A stretch of 64,000 nucleotides of DNA from Pristiophorus japonicus. Taxonomy: Eukaryota. The stretch lies in assembly GCF_044704955.1 (NCBI RefSeq), contig NC_091999.1:50406001-50470000 (forward strand), written 5' to 3'. Below are positions 12,720 through 26,445 of this stretch, piece by piece. The notes beneath the pieces are model-generated. The model saw only the letters and a list, made by a program, of their open reading frames with translations, did not search any database and was not told the DNA's origin. The position numbers and the translations under genes are program-made. Positions within the stretch are counted from its first letter, which is position 1, and each line of letters begins with the position of its first letter.

Positions 12720-13500
12720 GTGTGATCCTGTCCCCTCTCTCTCCAGAGCCGTATATAAATATCAATCTAATCCCACAGCCGCGCTCATTCCTCAAAGTGC
12801 TGTATAAACCGAAACTAATCATACAGCCACTCTCTCTCGGAAGCGCGATACCAATTGCAAACTAACACCAATGCGCCTCTTTCCCCAGATTCATGTAGGA
12901 ATTCTAATCTAATCCCACAGCCTCGCTCATTGCCTATACCACAGTTACAATCCCAAACTAAGTATGCTTTCTTCTATTTCCCTATATTCATCGAACTATT
13001 CCACTGCATACTCTCCACAAAGCTCTGTATTACTGAAAAACAAATTGCTCTTTCCCCTCTTTCCCCATATTTCTGCATCAATTCAAAACGAATCCCACTG
13101 TCCAGCTCACTCCTCATTGCCCTGTACAAATCCCATACTAATCCGACAGCCCTCTCTCTCCCCACAGCCATCAATCTCACCCAAACTGCTCCTGCTGCCC
13201 CACTGTCTCCCCATAACCCTGTATCAATCCCAAACTAATCGCATGGCCCCGCTCTCTCCCCACAGCCCTGCATCAATCCCACACTAATCACACTGCCACA
13301 CCCACGCAACGTAGCCCTTTATCAATGCCACAAAAAACACACTGCCCACCCAAGCACCATAGCCTTTATCCATCCGAAACTAACCTCAGTGTGCCACTCT
13401 CTCCCTATAGTCGTATATGAATCCCAAACTAATGCCACTGCCATGCTCTCTCCTGGCTCTCTTCACGTAGCCTTCTATCAACGCCAAACAATTCCCACTG
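12720..13500. repeat. Degenerate ~47-bp minisatellite
   Basis: Recurring unit CCCTGTATCAATCCCAAACTAATCCCACTGCCCCGCTCTCTCCCCA(T/C)AG. Confidence 0.8.
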
Positions 13501-14399
13501 ATCCATCATGAAGGAAGGACAAAAGCACATGGACCTGCTCCATGCAGTCGCTATTTTCCAATTGAGGAACATGGGTGGAGACTCGGTAAAATCAAGTCCC
13601 CACATCAATTCTAACCATATACCATCCCGAAAGACTTATGCCTTCCTATTGCCTCCCCGCCCTGTCTACACACAGCATGTCTTAAATTTTATCGTCTTCC
13701 ATCAGTGAATTATTTGGTCCCATAACTAGATCTACCGTATGCAAACTGCATGTGAAGCACCACTGCTGGCTTGGAGTCGCCGGAAACGTTACAGTACGTC
13801 ACCAGCAATGAGGTCCAGTAGTCCGAGGTTCGCTCGTGACTTCAGATATTCAGCAGCAGATTGCTCGTGGCGTTGCCCAGGACAAATTGATGCATGCAAT
13901 GTGTTTTCATATACTCAAAATGGCAACACATTTGGGATCGAGACAGTAGAAACGAAGTGGCCTCGTAGTGAGTCTCAGCAACTACAACTACATTTAATAA
14001 TGCACAATTGAATGAAAAATGTTGATGTAGCAATTTGTAATGGGAGATGGTGAGAGAAAAGCATGATCGAGAGATAGATAGATAGACAGANNNNNNNNNN
14101 NNNNNNNNNNNNNNNNNNNNNNNNNNNNNNNNNNNNNNNNNNNNNNNNNNNNNNNNNNNNNNNNNNNNNNNNNNNNNNNNNNNNNNNNNNNNNNNNNNNN
14201 NNNNNNNNNNNNNNNNNNNNNNNNNNNNNNNNNNNNNNNNNNNNNNNNNNNNNNNNNNNNNNNNNNNNNNNNNNNNNNNNNNNNNNNNNNNNNNNNNNNN
14301 NNNNNNNNNNNNNNNNNNNNNNNNNNNNNNNNNNNNNNNNNNNNNNNNNNNNNNNNNNNNNNNNNNNNNNNAGATTGAGAGATAGATCGATAGATAGAT

Positions 14400-14615
14400 C
14401 CCTACCGCAGAGAGTTCTTAATGCCAGTTCATTGGATATATTCAAGAGAGAGTTAGATATAGCCCTTGTGGCTAAAGGGATCAAGGGGTATGGAGAGAAA
14501 GCAGGAAACGGGTTCTGATGTGAATGATTATCCATGATTTTATTGAATTGTGGTGCAGGATGTAAGGGCCGAATGGCCTACTTCTGCACCTATTTTCTGT
14601 GTTTCTATGTTTCTA
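14400..14615 (+). mobile_element. CR1 3' end
   Basis: 3'UTR GGATCAAGGGGTATGGAGAGAA..GGGCCGAATGGCCTAC and TTTCTATG tail. Confidence 0.9.
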
Positions 14616-15143
14616 TCTCCTATTTCCTCCCGCCACCCCAATTGGATGTGATTTCTGGGGTAAAATCCGATAGAGATAGACGGGGTACAGTTGACCTCCA
14701 CCTATTGGGGAACTGGGTAGGCCAATGGTCCTGAGCTATGTTATTACAGTGCGACAAATATTCATATTAGATCCGGTGTCAGTCAACACAGAGATTTTCA
14801 GCAGTGACTTCCTCTCATTACATTTGTATATGACTGGTCCCCACTGCCACGGTGCAGTAGATCAGCTGTCAGTACACAATAAGATTTCCATACCCTGATG
14901 ATAAAGCTCAGCATTTTCTACCTTCTTAATCCGAACTACAAAAAGAGATAGGGTTTTATTCAAAATAATTCAGATATCCGTCCATTCACATTCTTGTTCT
15001 AATCTTTCAGATTGAACTTTTATCAATCAACCAAATTGTTCAATGCATCAATATCTTTCTATCTATCAGTCTGCCCTATAATCTACATAGAGCTCTATTT
15101 GTCTTAATTTCTTAACTTATATCAACAACTCTCTCTATATGTT
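14616..15143 (+). repeat. Local duplicon tail, copy A
   Basis: Colinear with 18420-19219 and 24110-24899, and ends at an N gap like the other copies. Confidence 0.8.
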
Positions 15144-16028
15144 NNNNNNNNNNNNNNNNNNNNNNNNNNNNNNNNNNNNNNNNNNNNNNNNNNNNNNNNN
15201 NNNNNNNNNNNNNNNNNNNNNNNNNNNNNNNNNNNNNNNNNNNNNNNNNNNNNNNNNNNNNNNNNNNNNNNNNNNNNNNNNNNNNNNNNNNNNNNNNNNN
15301 NNNNNNNNNNNNNNNNNNNNNNNNNNNNNNNNNNNNNNNNNNNNNNNNNNNNNNNNNNNNNNNNNNNNNNNNNNNNNNNNNNNNNNNNNNNNNNNNNNNN
15401 NNNNNNNNNNNNNNNNNNNNNNNNNNNNNNNNNNNNNNNNNNNNNNNNNNNNNNNNNNNNNNNNNNNNNNNNNNNNNNNNNNNNNNNNNNNNNNNNNNNN
15501 NNNNNNNNNNNNNNNNNNNNNNNNNNNNNNNNNNNNNNNNNNNNNNNNNNNNNNNNNNNNNNNNNNNNNNNNNNNNNNNNNNNNNNNNNNNNNNNNNNNN
15601 NNNNNNNNNNNNNNNNNNNNNNNNNNNNNNNNNNNNNNNNNNNNNNNNNNNNNNNNNNNNNNNNNNNNNNNNNNNNNNNNNNNNNNNNNNNNNNNNNNNN
15701 NNNNNNNNNNNNNNNNNNNNNNNNNNNNNNNNNNNNNNNNNNNNNNNNNNNNNNNNNNNNNNNNNNNNNNNNNNNNNNNNNNNNNNNNNNNNNNNNNNNN
15801 NNNNNNNNNNNNNNNNNNNNNNNNNNNNNNNNNNNNNNNNNNNNNNNNNNNNNNNNNNNNNNNNNNNNNNNNNNNNNNNNNNNNNNNNNNNNNNNNNNNN
15901 NNNNNNNNNNNNNNNNNNNNNNNNNNNNNNNNNNNNNNNNNNNNNNNNNNNNNNNNNNNNNNNNNNNNNNNNNNNNNNNNNNNNNNNNNNNNNNNNNNNN
16001 NNNNNNNNNNNNNNNNNNNNNNNNNNNN

Positions 16029-17020
16029 GGCCTTCATGGTACACGACACTAAAAACATCCCAATAATAGACAACAAAGTGGAAATGGGGAGGAGGAAACT
16101 TAAAACATTTCACTTAAGAAAAAGTATTGGTTAGCATAATGGGACTACATTTTCACAAGTCGCCTGGAACTGATGGTCCGCATCCTCGGGTCTTAAAAGA
16201 AGTGGCTGCAGAGATATTGGATGCATTGTTTGCATTCTACCAAAATTGCCTGGATTCTGGAGATATCGCAATGGATTGGAAAATCGCAAATATAATGGTG
16301 CTATTTAAAAAATGAAGACGACAAAAAAAAGGACGTTATACACTGGTTAGCCTAGCATTTGTCGTGGGGAAAATGCTCGAATCCTTTCGTAAGGAAGTAG
16401 TAGCATTGCATTTGCAAAAGCATAATACATTCAAGCAGAGTCAGCATGATTTTTTTAAAAGTAAATCATGTTTGACAAATATTCTGGAATTATTTTAGAA
16501 TGTAACTATCACGGTGGATACGAGGGAATGAGTGGATGCTGTGTATTTTGAACTCCAGAAGGCATTCGATCAGGTGCCACATAAAGGTTACTGCACACGA
16601 TACAAACTCAGGGGGTCGGTGATAATATATTGGCATGGACAGAGGATTGGCTAACTAACAGAAAATAGAGAGTCGGGATAAACGGGACATTTTACTTTGG
16701 GAAAACCGTAATTCATGAGATGCTACAGTGATCAGTGCTATGGCCTCAACTATTTACAATGAAGATTAACGATTTGGATGAAGGAACCATGTGTAATGTC
16801 GCCACGTTTGCTGTTTATACAAACATGGGCGGGAAAGCATGTTGTGAGGAGGACACAACGAATATAAAATGGGATATAGACAGGCTAAGTGAGTGGGAAA
16901 AGATTTTGCAGATGGTGCATAATGTGGGAAAGTGAGGTTGTCCACTTTGGCATGAACCATAAAAAAGCAATTTAATATTTTAATAGAGAAGGACTACAAA
17001 ATTCAGCAGTACAGAGGGAC
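16029..17020 (+). mobile_element. Old CR1 RT fragment (part of the duplicon)
   Basis: KSPGTDGPHPRVLKEVAAEI... It appears to start near the same CR1 position as the copies at 17040 and 19615 (the exact start is hidden by the gap). Confidence 0.9.
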
Positions 17021-17039
17021 CTATTTCTCTATCCCTCTG

Positions 17040-19219
17040 TGAACAAACATTTGATTTCGATCTTCACGGTACAAGACACTAAACACATCCCAATAATAGA
17101 CAATAAAGTGACTATAGGGAGGAGGAAACGTAAAACAATCACTTTCACGAAAGAAAAAGTATTGGGTAAAATAATGGAACTAAAGTTGGACAAGTCGCCT
17201 GGAACTCATGATCCGCATCCTCAGGTCTTAAAAGAAGTGGCTGCAGAGATATTGGATGCATTGTTTGCAATTTACCAAAATTCCCTGGATTCTGGAGAGA
17301 TCCCAACGGATAGAAAAATCGCAAATATAACGGTCCTATTTTCAAAAAGTAAGATGACAGAAAGCAGGAAATTAGACACTAGTTAGCCTAACATCTATCG
17401 TTGGGAAAATGCCAGAGTCCTTTAGTAAGGAAGTAGGAGCATTGCATTTGGAAAAGCGTAATTCATTCAAGCAGAGTCAGCATGATTTTTTTGAGAAGTA
17501 AATCATGTTTGGCAAATATACTTGAGTTCTTTGAGGATGTAACTATCAGGGGAGACGAGTGGCTGTGCTGTATTTGGATTTCCAGAAGGCATTCGATCAG
17601 TTGCCACATAAAAGGTTACTGCACAGGAGACAAGCTCAGGGGGTCGGTGGTACTATATTTGCATGGATAGAGGATTGGCTAACTAACAGAAAACAGAGAG
17701 TCGGGATAAACAGGTCATTTTACGGTGGGCAACGGTAACTAATGGGGTGCCACAGTTATCGGTGCTATGGCCTCAACTATTTGCAATCTATATTAATGAC
17801 ATGAATGAATGAATGGAGTGTAATGTGGCCAAGTTTGTTGATTATGCAAAGGTGAGTGGGAAAGCATGTGGTGAGAAGGACACAGAGAATCTGCAAAGGG
17901 ATATAGACAGTGTAAGTGAGTGGGAAAGTATTGGGCAGATTGTGCATTATATGGTAAAGTGTGGCAGGAACAACAAAAAAAAAAATAATATTTTACTAGA
18001 GATGGATTACAAAATGCCGCAGTACAGCGGGACCTGAAGTCTTGTGCATGAAACACAAACGTTAGTATGAATGTAAGGCAAGTAATCAGGAAGGCAAATT
18101 GAATGTTGGCCTTTATTGCAATGGTGATGGAATATAAACGTAGGAAAGTCCTGCTACAACTGTACAGGATATTGGTGTGACCACACCAACAAAACTCCGT
18201 ACAGTTTTGGTCTCCTTATTTAACGAGGGATATACTGGCATTGGATGGAGTTCAGAAAAGATTCACTAGTTTGAATCCTGAGATAAATGTGGTGACTTAT
18301 GAAAAAAGGTGGAGCAGGTTGGATCTATACACATTGAGGATTAGAAGAATGAGATGTGAACACGTTGAAACATATAAGTTACTGAGGGTGTTAGACAAGT
18401 TAGATGCAGAGAGCATGTTTAACTATCTATCTACCTCTCCGTTTTCCTCTGCCACCCCAATTGGATGCGAATTCTGATGTGAACCTCAATAGTATACAAG
18501 CATTGGTAGGATGAGTGTTTGATTCACCCCTGGAACTTGAGGTGAAATGCAAACGCGGACAAGGGGATGAAGGTCTGTTCTATCTAATGGTGGATATGAT
18601 GTGTCAGTAGCTCAGTGACTTTCGTTTGGAGACGGGATCAAATTCATACACAGATAGACGGGATATAGTTGTCCTCCCTCTATTGGGGGACTGGTTAGGG
18701 CAATGTTCCTGGACTTTGTTATTACAGATAAACACGTGTTCATATTAGATCCAGTGTCAGTTGACACAGATATTTTCATCTGTGACTTCCTCACACTACA
18801 TTTGTACATGACGAATCCCCATAACCACAGTGCAGTAAATCATGTGTCAGTACATACTGAGATTTATATCTACTGACTTCCTCCCACAGTATTAGTGTAT
18901 GATTAGATCTCATTGACATTGTGCAGTAGATCAGGTATCAGCAAACAATAAGATTTCCATACCCTGATGATGACACTAAGCATTTTACACATTCTTAATC
19001 AGAACTTCAAACAGAGATAGGGTTTTATTCAAAATAATTCACAATTCATCTGTTCACATTCTTATTCTACTCCTTGGGATTCAACATGACATTTGTCAAT
19101 CTACCAAATTATTTATTGCATCAATACCTTTCGATCTATCAGTCTGTCCAATAATCTACATATTGCACTCTCTGTCCTAATTTATATCAACAACCCTCTC
19201 TATAATGTTGTACATATAT
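17040..19219 (+). repeat. Local duplicon copy B: 5'-truncated old CR1 (17040-18420) plus ~800 bp tail
   Basis: CR1 ORF2 remnants run into AACTATC..CCAATTGGAT..CAATAGTATACAAGCATTGG, the same junction seen at 24110. Confidence 0.88.
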
Positions 19220-19669
19220 NNNNNNNNNNNNNNNNNNNNNNNNNNNNNNNNNNNNNNNNNNNNNNNNNNNNNNNNNNNNNNNNNNNNNNNNNNNNNNNNN
19301 NNNNNNNNNNNNNNNNNNNNNNNNNNNNNNNNNNNNNNNNNNNNNNNNNNNNNNNNNNNNNNNNNNNNNNNNNNNNNNNNNNNNNNNNNNNNNNNNNNNN
19401 NNNNNNNNNNNNNNNNNNNNNNNNNNNNNNNNNNNNNNNNNNNNNNNNNNNNNNNNNNNNNNNNNNNNNNNNNNNNNNNNNNNNNNNNNNNNNNNNNNNN
19501 NNNNNNNNNNNNNNNCTCACACACAATCTCTCGCTCTTTTTCTCCATCTATCCATCTATCTACCTTTATATGTACATATCTACCTATCCATCTATCTATC
19601 TCTCTATCTATATATGAACGAATATTTGTTATCGGTCTTCACGGTACACGATACTAAAAATATCCCAAT

Positions 19670-22600
19670 ATAGAAACATAGAAACATAGAAAATAGGTGC
19701 AGGAGTAGGCCATTCGGCCCTTCTAGCCTGCACCACCATTCAATGAGTTCATGACTGAACATGCAACTTCAGTACTCCATTCCTGCCTTCTCGCCATACC
19801 CCTTGATCCCCCTAGTAGTAAGGACTTCATCAAACTCCTTTTTGAATATATTTAGTGAATTGGCCTCAACAACTTTCTGTGGTAGAGAATTCCACAGGTT
19901 CACCACTCACTGGGTGAGGAAGTTTCTCCTCATTTCGGTCCTAAATTGCTTACCCCTTATCCTCAGACTGTGTCCCCTGATTCTGGACTTCCCAACATTG
20001 GGAACATTCTCTGTGGATCTAACCTTTCTAAACCCATCAAAATTTTAAACGTTTCTATGAAGTCCCCTCTCATTTTTCTGAACTCCAGTGAATACAAGAC
20101 CAGTTGATCCAGTCTTTCTTGATAGGTCAGTCCCGCCATCCCGGGAATCGCCGCACTCCCTCAATAGCAAGAATGTCCTTCCTCAGGTTAGGAGATCAAA
20201 ACTGTACACAATAATCCAGGTGTGGCCTCACCAAGGCCCTGTACAATTGTAGCAACACCTCCCTATCCCTGTACTCAAATCCGCTCGCTATGAAGACCAA
20301 CATGCCTTTTGATTTCTTAACCGCCTGCTGTACCTGCATGACAACCTTCAATGACTGATGTACCATGACACCCAGGTCTCGTTGCACCTCCCATTTTCCT
20401 AATCTGTCACCATTCAGATAATAGTCTGTCTCTCTGTTTTTACCACCAAAGTGGATAACCTCACATTTATCCACATTATACCTCATCTGCATGCATTTGC
20501 CCACTCACATAACATATCAAAGTCGCTCTGCAGCCTCATAGCATCCTCCTCGCAGCTCACACTGCCACCCAACTTAGTGTCATCCGTAAATTTGGAGATA
20601 CTACATTTAATCCCATCGTCTAAATCATTAAGGTACAATGTAAACAGCTGGGGCCCCAGCACAGAACATTGCGGTACCCCACTAGTCAATGCCTGCCATT
20701 CTGAAAAGTACCCATTTACTCCTACACTGTGCCTCCTGTCTCACAACCAGTTCTCAATCCATGTCAGCGCACTACCCCCAATCCCATGTGCTTTAACTTT
20801 GCACATTAACCTCTTGTGTGGGACCTTGTCGAAAGCCTTCTGAAAGTCCAAATATACCACATCAACTGGTTCTCCCTTGTCCACTCCACTGGAAACATCC
20901 TCAAAAAATTCCAGAAGATTTGTCAAGCATGATTTCCCTTTCACAAATCCATGCTGACTTGGACCGATCATGTCACATCTTTCCAAATGCACTGCTATGA
21001 CATCCTTAATAATTGATTCCATCATTTTACCCACTACCGGTGTCAGGCTGACCGGTCTATAATTCCCCGTTGTCTCTCTCCCTGCTTTTTTAAAAAGTGG
21101 GATTACATTGGCTTCTCTCCACTCGATAGGAACTGATCCAGAGTCAATGGAATGTTGGAAAACGACTGTCAATGCATCCGCTATTTCCAAGGCAACCTCC
21201 TTAAGTACGCTGGGATGCAGTGCATCAGGCCCTGGTGATTTATCGGCCTTCAATTCCATCAATTTCCCCAACACAATTTCCCGACTAATAAGAATTAACT
21301 CAGTTCCTCCTCCTTACTAGACCCTCTGACCCCTTTTATATCCGGAAGGTTGTTTGTGTCCTCCTTAGTGAATACCGAACCAAAGTACTTGTTCAACTGG
21401 TCCGCCATTTCTTTGTTCCCCGTTATGATTCCCCTGATTCTGACTGCAGGGGACCAACCTTTGTCTTTACTAACCTTTTTCCCTTACATATCTATAGAAA
21501 CTTTTGCAATCCATCTTAATGTTCTCTGCAAGCTTCTTCTCGTAATCCATTTTCCTTGCCCTCATCAAAACCTTTGTCCTCCTCTGCTAAGTTCTAAATT
21601 TCTCCCAGTCCCCGGGTTCGATCTATTTCTGGCCAATTTGTATGCCACTTCCCTGGCTTCAATACTATCCCTGATTTCCCTTGATAGCCACGGTTGAGCC
21701 ACCTTCCCTTTTTCATTTTTACGCCAGACAGCAATGTACAATTGTTGTAGTTCATCCATGCGGTCTCTAAATGTCTGCCATTGCCCATCCACAGTCAACC
21801 CCTTAAGTCTAATTCGCCAATCTATCTTTGCCAATTCACGCCTCATATCGTCAAAGTTCGCCTTCTTTAAGTTCTGGACCATGGTCTCTGAATTATCTGT
21901 TTCATTCTGCATCCTAATGCAGAATTCCACCATATTATGGTCAATCTTCCCCAAGGGGTCTCGCAAAACGAGATAGCTAATTAATCCTCTCTCATTACAC
22001 AACACCCAGTCTAAGATGGACTCCCCCCTAGTTGGTTCCTCGACATATTGGTCTCGAAAACCATCTCTTATGCACCCCAGGAAATCCTCCTTCACCGTAT
22101 TACTTCAAGTTTGGTTCGCCCAATCTATGTGCATATTAAAGTCACCCATTATAACTGCTGCACCTTTATTGCTTGCACCGCTAATTTCCTGTTTGATGCC
22201 CTCCCCGACACCACTACTACTGTTGTGAGGTCTGTACACAACTCCCACTAACGTTTTTTGCCCTTTGATGTTCTGCAGCTCTACCCATATAGATTCCACA
22301 TCATCCAAGCTAATGTCCTTCCTTACTATTGCATTAATCTCCTCCTTAACCAGCAATGCTACCCCACCTCCATTTCCTTTTATTCTATCCTTCCTGAAAG
22401 TTGAATACCCCTGGATGTTGAGTTCCCAGCTCTGATCATCCTGGAGCCACGACTCTGTAATCCAAATCACATCATATTTGTTAAGAACTATTTGCACAGT
22501 TAATTCATCCAACTTATTACGGATACTCCTTGCATTAAGACACAAAGCCTTCAGGCTTGTTTTTTTAACATCCTTTGTCCTTTTAGAATTTTGCTGTACA

Positions 22601-22800
22601 GTGGCCCTTTTTGTTCTTTGCCTTGGGTTTCTCTGCCCTCCACTTTTCCTCATCTCCTTTCTGTCTTTTGCTTTTGTCTCCTTTTTGTTTCCCTCTGTCT
22701 CCCTGCATTCGTTCCCATCCCCCTGCCATATTAGTTTAACTCCTCCCCAACAGCACTAGCAAACACTCCCACTCGGGCATTGGTTCCGGTCCTGCCCAGG
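19670..22800 (-). mobile_element. Younger CR1 (end of ORF1 plus ORF2 endonuclease/RT, disrupted) nested in duplicon copy C
   Basis: (ATAGAAAC)n tail at 19670; ORFs 22105-22653 (LCLNARSIRNK, GDFN) and 20741-21274 (YLDFQKAFDKVPH). The host CR1 is cut at CCCAATA and resumes at ..GACAATAAAG (22801). Confidence 0.95.
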
Positions 22801-24899
22801 TAGGACAATAAAGTAGCTATAGAGAGGAGGAAACTTCAAACAATCAGTTTCACTAAAGAAAGATTATTGGGTAAAATAATAGGACTAAAGTTGGATAAGG
22901 CGCCTGGAATTGATGGTCTGCTTCCTCGGGTCTTAAAAGAAGTGGCTGCAGAGATATTGAATGGATTGGTTGCAATTTACCAAAATTCCCTGGATTTTGG
23001 AGAGATCCCAACAGATTGGAAAATCGCAAATATAACGGTCATATTTAAAAAAGTAAGACGACAGAAAGCAGGAAATTGTGCACAGGTTCCTTTAGTGAGG
23101 TATAAGAAGCATTACATTTGGAAACGCATGACACATTCAAGCGGAGTCAGCATGCTTTTTTGAAAAGTAAATCATGTTTGGCAAATTTTCTTGAGTTCTT
23201 TGAGGATGTAATTATCAGGGTGATAAGGGGGTACAAGTGTATGTGCTGTATTTGGATGTCCAGAAGGCATTCGATAAGTTGCCACATAAAAGGTTACTGC
23301 AAATGATACAAGCTCAGCGGGTCGGTGGTAATATAATGGCATAGATAGAGATTTGGCTAACTAAAGAAAAGAAAGTGTTGGAATAAACGGGTCATTTTAC
23401 GGTGAGCAAACGGTTACTATTGGGATGCCACAGTTATCGGTGCTATGGCCTCAACTATTAACAATCTATATTAATGAGTTGGTTGAAGGGACCGAATATA
23501 ATTTAGCCAAGTTTGCTGATGACACAAAAATGCGTGGGAAAGCATGTTGTGAGGAGGACACAAATAAGCTGCAAAGGGATATAGACAGGCTAAGTGAGTG
23601 GGAAAACATTTGGCAGATGGTGTATAAATTGCGAAAGTGTGAGCTTATCCACTTTGGCACGAACAATAAAAAAGCAATGTAATATTTTAATGGAGATGGA
23701 TTAGAAAATGGAGTAGGACAGAGGGGCCTGACGTCTTGAGCATGAAATACAAAAGTTAGTATTTATGTACAGCAAGTAATCAGGAAGGCAAATTGAATGT
23801 TGGTCTTTATTGCAAAGAGGATGGAAGTTAAACACAGGGAAATCCTGCTACACTGTAGAGGTTATTGGTTTGACCACACCAACAGTACTGCATACAGTTT
23901 TGGTCTCCTTATTTAAGGATGGATATCCTGGTTTTTGAGGCAGTTCAGAAAAGTTTCACTAGTTTGAATCCTGTGATAAAAGGGGGGACTTATGAAAATA
24001 GGTTGATCAGGTTTGATCTATACACATTGGGGATTAGAAGAATGAGAAGTGATCACATTGAAACATATAAGTTACTGAGGGTGTTCGACAAGGTAGATGC
24101 AGAGAGTATGTTTAACTATCAATCTAGCTGTCCATTTTCCTCCACCCACCCGAATTGGATCCGATTTCTGATGTGAATCTCAATAGTATACAAGCATTGG
24201 TGAGATGAATGTTTTACTCAACCCCAGAACTTGAGGTGAAATGTAAACGCTGACAGGGGTTGAAGGACTGCTCTTTCTAATGGTGGACAGGACGTGTCAG
24301 TAGTTCAGTACCTTTATTTGGATCTGGATTCAAATTCAGACACAGATAGACGGGATACAGCTGTCCTCCCATATTGGTGGACTGGGTAGGCCAATGTTCC
24401 TGAGCTATGTTATTACAGAGTGACAGTGTTCATCTTCGATCTGGTGTCAGTGGATACTGATATTTTCATCTGTGACTTCCTCACACTACATTTATACATG
24501 CCTGCTCCCATAACCACCGTGCAGTAAATCATGTGTCAGTACATACTGAGATTTATATCTCCTGACTTCCTCCCACAATATTTGTGTATGACTAGTTCTC
24601 ACTGCCATTGTGCGGTAGATCATGTTTCAGCACACAATATGATTTCTATACCCTGATGATGACACTAAGCATTTTCCACATTCTTAATCGGAACGGAAAA
24701 CTGAGATGACCTTTTATTCAAAATAATTCGCTATCCTTCTGTTCACATCCTTGATCTACTCCTTGGCATTCAAAAGGAATTTTGTCAATCAACCAAATTG
24801 TTTATTGCATCAATACCTTTCTATCTATCAGTCTGCCCAATAATCTACATATTGCCCTATCTATCTTAATTTATATCAACAACTCCCTCTATATGCTTG
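22801..24899 (+). repeat. Local duplicon copy C: old CR1 fragment plus tail (5' stub at 19615-19669)
   Basis: Colinear with 17095-19219. Confidence 0.88.
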
Positions 24900-25234
24900 N
24901 NNNNNNNNNNNNNNNNNNNNNNNNNNNNNNNNNNNNNNNNNNNNNNNNNNNNNNNNNNNNNNNNNNNNNNNNNNNNNNNNNNNNNNNNNNNNNNNNNNNN
25001 NNNNNNNNNNNNNNNNNNNNNNNNNNNNNNNNNNNNNNNNNNNNNNNNNNNNNNNNNNNNNNNNNNNNNNNNNNNNNNNNNNNNNNNNNNNNNNNNNNNN
25101 NNNNNNNNNNNNNNNNNNNNNNNNNNNNNNNNNNNNNNNNNNNNNNNNNNNNNNNNNNNNNNNNNNNNNNNNNNNNNNCCATCGATCTATCCATCTATGC
25201 ACATATATATCTATCTGTCTATCTATCTGTCTAC

Positions 25235-25780
25235 TGAACATGCTGGACATAATCAGCAGGTCTGACTGTGTCTGTGGAGAGATAGGTAGGTTTAAGATTT
25301 CAGGTCGAAGACCCTTCATCAAAAGTGGAAACAGTTGGATATGTTACATATTATTAAGCAAGTTTCAAGTCAGGGTTAGGTGGTGTGGAGTAAAGAACAA
25401 ATGATAAGCTCTGTGATAGAATGGAAGGCAAGAGTGATATAAAGACAAAAGCGATGATGGTGCTAGGCAAAGGGAGATGGTATGGGACAAGTTAAGAAAC
25501 ACATGTTTGTTCCGCATGAAGTATAAATGGGAACGGCAGAACCATCAACTGCTGCCATTTGGCAGAAAAACATAGAGGCGGAAGTTCTGGTCTGAAATTC
25601 TATTGAATTCGATATTGAGCAAGTAATGCTATAAAATCGAAGATAAGGTGCTATTCCTCGTGCTTGCATTGAGATTCGTTGGAACCGTGTAAGAGACTGA
25701 GGATGGAGACGTCAGTGTGGGAGTGGAGCAGAAAATTAAAGCGAGAAGCGGGTTCATGCTTATGGGCTGAATGGAACTAT
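25235..25780 (-). mobile_element. Penelope-like element 3' fragment with hammerhead core
   Basis: The reverse strand reads TTGATGA-AGGGTCTTCGACCT-GAAA..CTCTCCACAGAC..GACCTGCTGA, the same family as 27490-27625 and 52099-52235. Confidence 0.6.
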
Positions 25781-25789
25781 TCTTCAAAG

Positions 25790-26375
25790 GTGTACAAGTG
25801 TGGTCTCGATATCACACTTAGGACGCTGTGTTCAGTTCTGACCTACATAATCACACTTAATTTACTGAGCATAGTTCTGGCTTCCATATGAGAAGAATGA
25901 TACAGAAGCACTGGAGAAGTGCAAATAAAGATTTCCAAGGAGAATACCAGAACTGAACGATTTTAACTGCCAAGAATAAATTAAACCGGCTGGGGATCTT
26001 TTTTTTCAAGAAAAGGGAAGGCTGAGGGGTGACCGAATAAAGTTTTTTGAAATTATGAAGGGGTTTGAAAGGTTAGTCGGGTAGAAGATATTTCTGCTTG
26101 ACTAGGAGCCTGATACTAGGGCCCATAAATATAAGATATTCAATAGGTAATTCAGGAGGGTCTTCTTTACCCAGAGAGTGGGTAGATTGTGGATCTCGCT
26201 ACCATAGGTAGTAGTAATTGAGGCAAATATCATAGATGCGTTTCAGGGGAATGCAGATAAGTACACGACGGATAAAGGGATCGAAGGTGTTGATAGGTGG
26301 TGAAGAAGTAGGGAGAGAGGAGACTCATGTGCAACATAAAAATCAGCCTATTGGACTGAATCGCCTGTTTCTATG
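25790..26375 (+). mobile_element. Old CR1 3' fragment
   Basis: Degenerate CVQF..P, FFTQRV.R.W and a 3'UTR GGACTGAATCGCCTGTTTCT. Confidence 0.7.
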
Positions 26376-26445
26376 AAAAAACTCTTCACAATTCTTAATT
26401 GTTTGGATTGCAATAAATAATATCAATAAAATAAATTTCTTGCAC

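Noticed and set aside
13785-13830. JH-like string on the minus strand (GACTACTGG..TGGTGACGT)
   Set aside because: No WGxG, no upstream RSS, and the wrong orientation relative to Cmu.
15112-16134. Long ORFs spanning N runs, and ORFs in GA/GT/CA tracts
   Set aside because: These are artefacts of gaps and low-complexity sequence.
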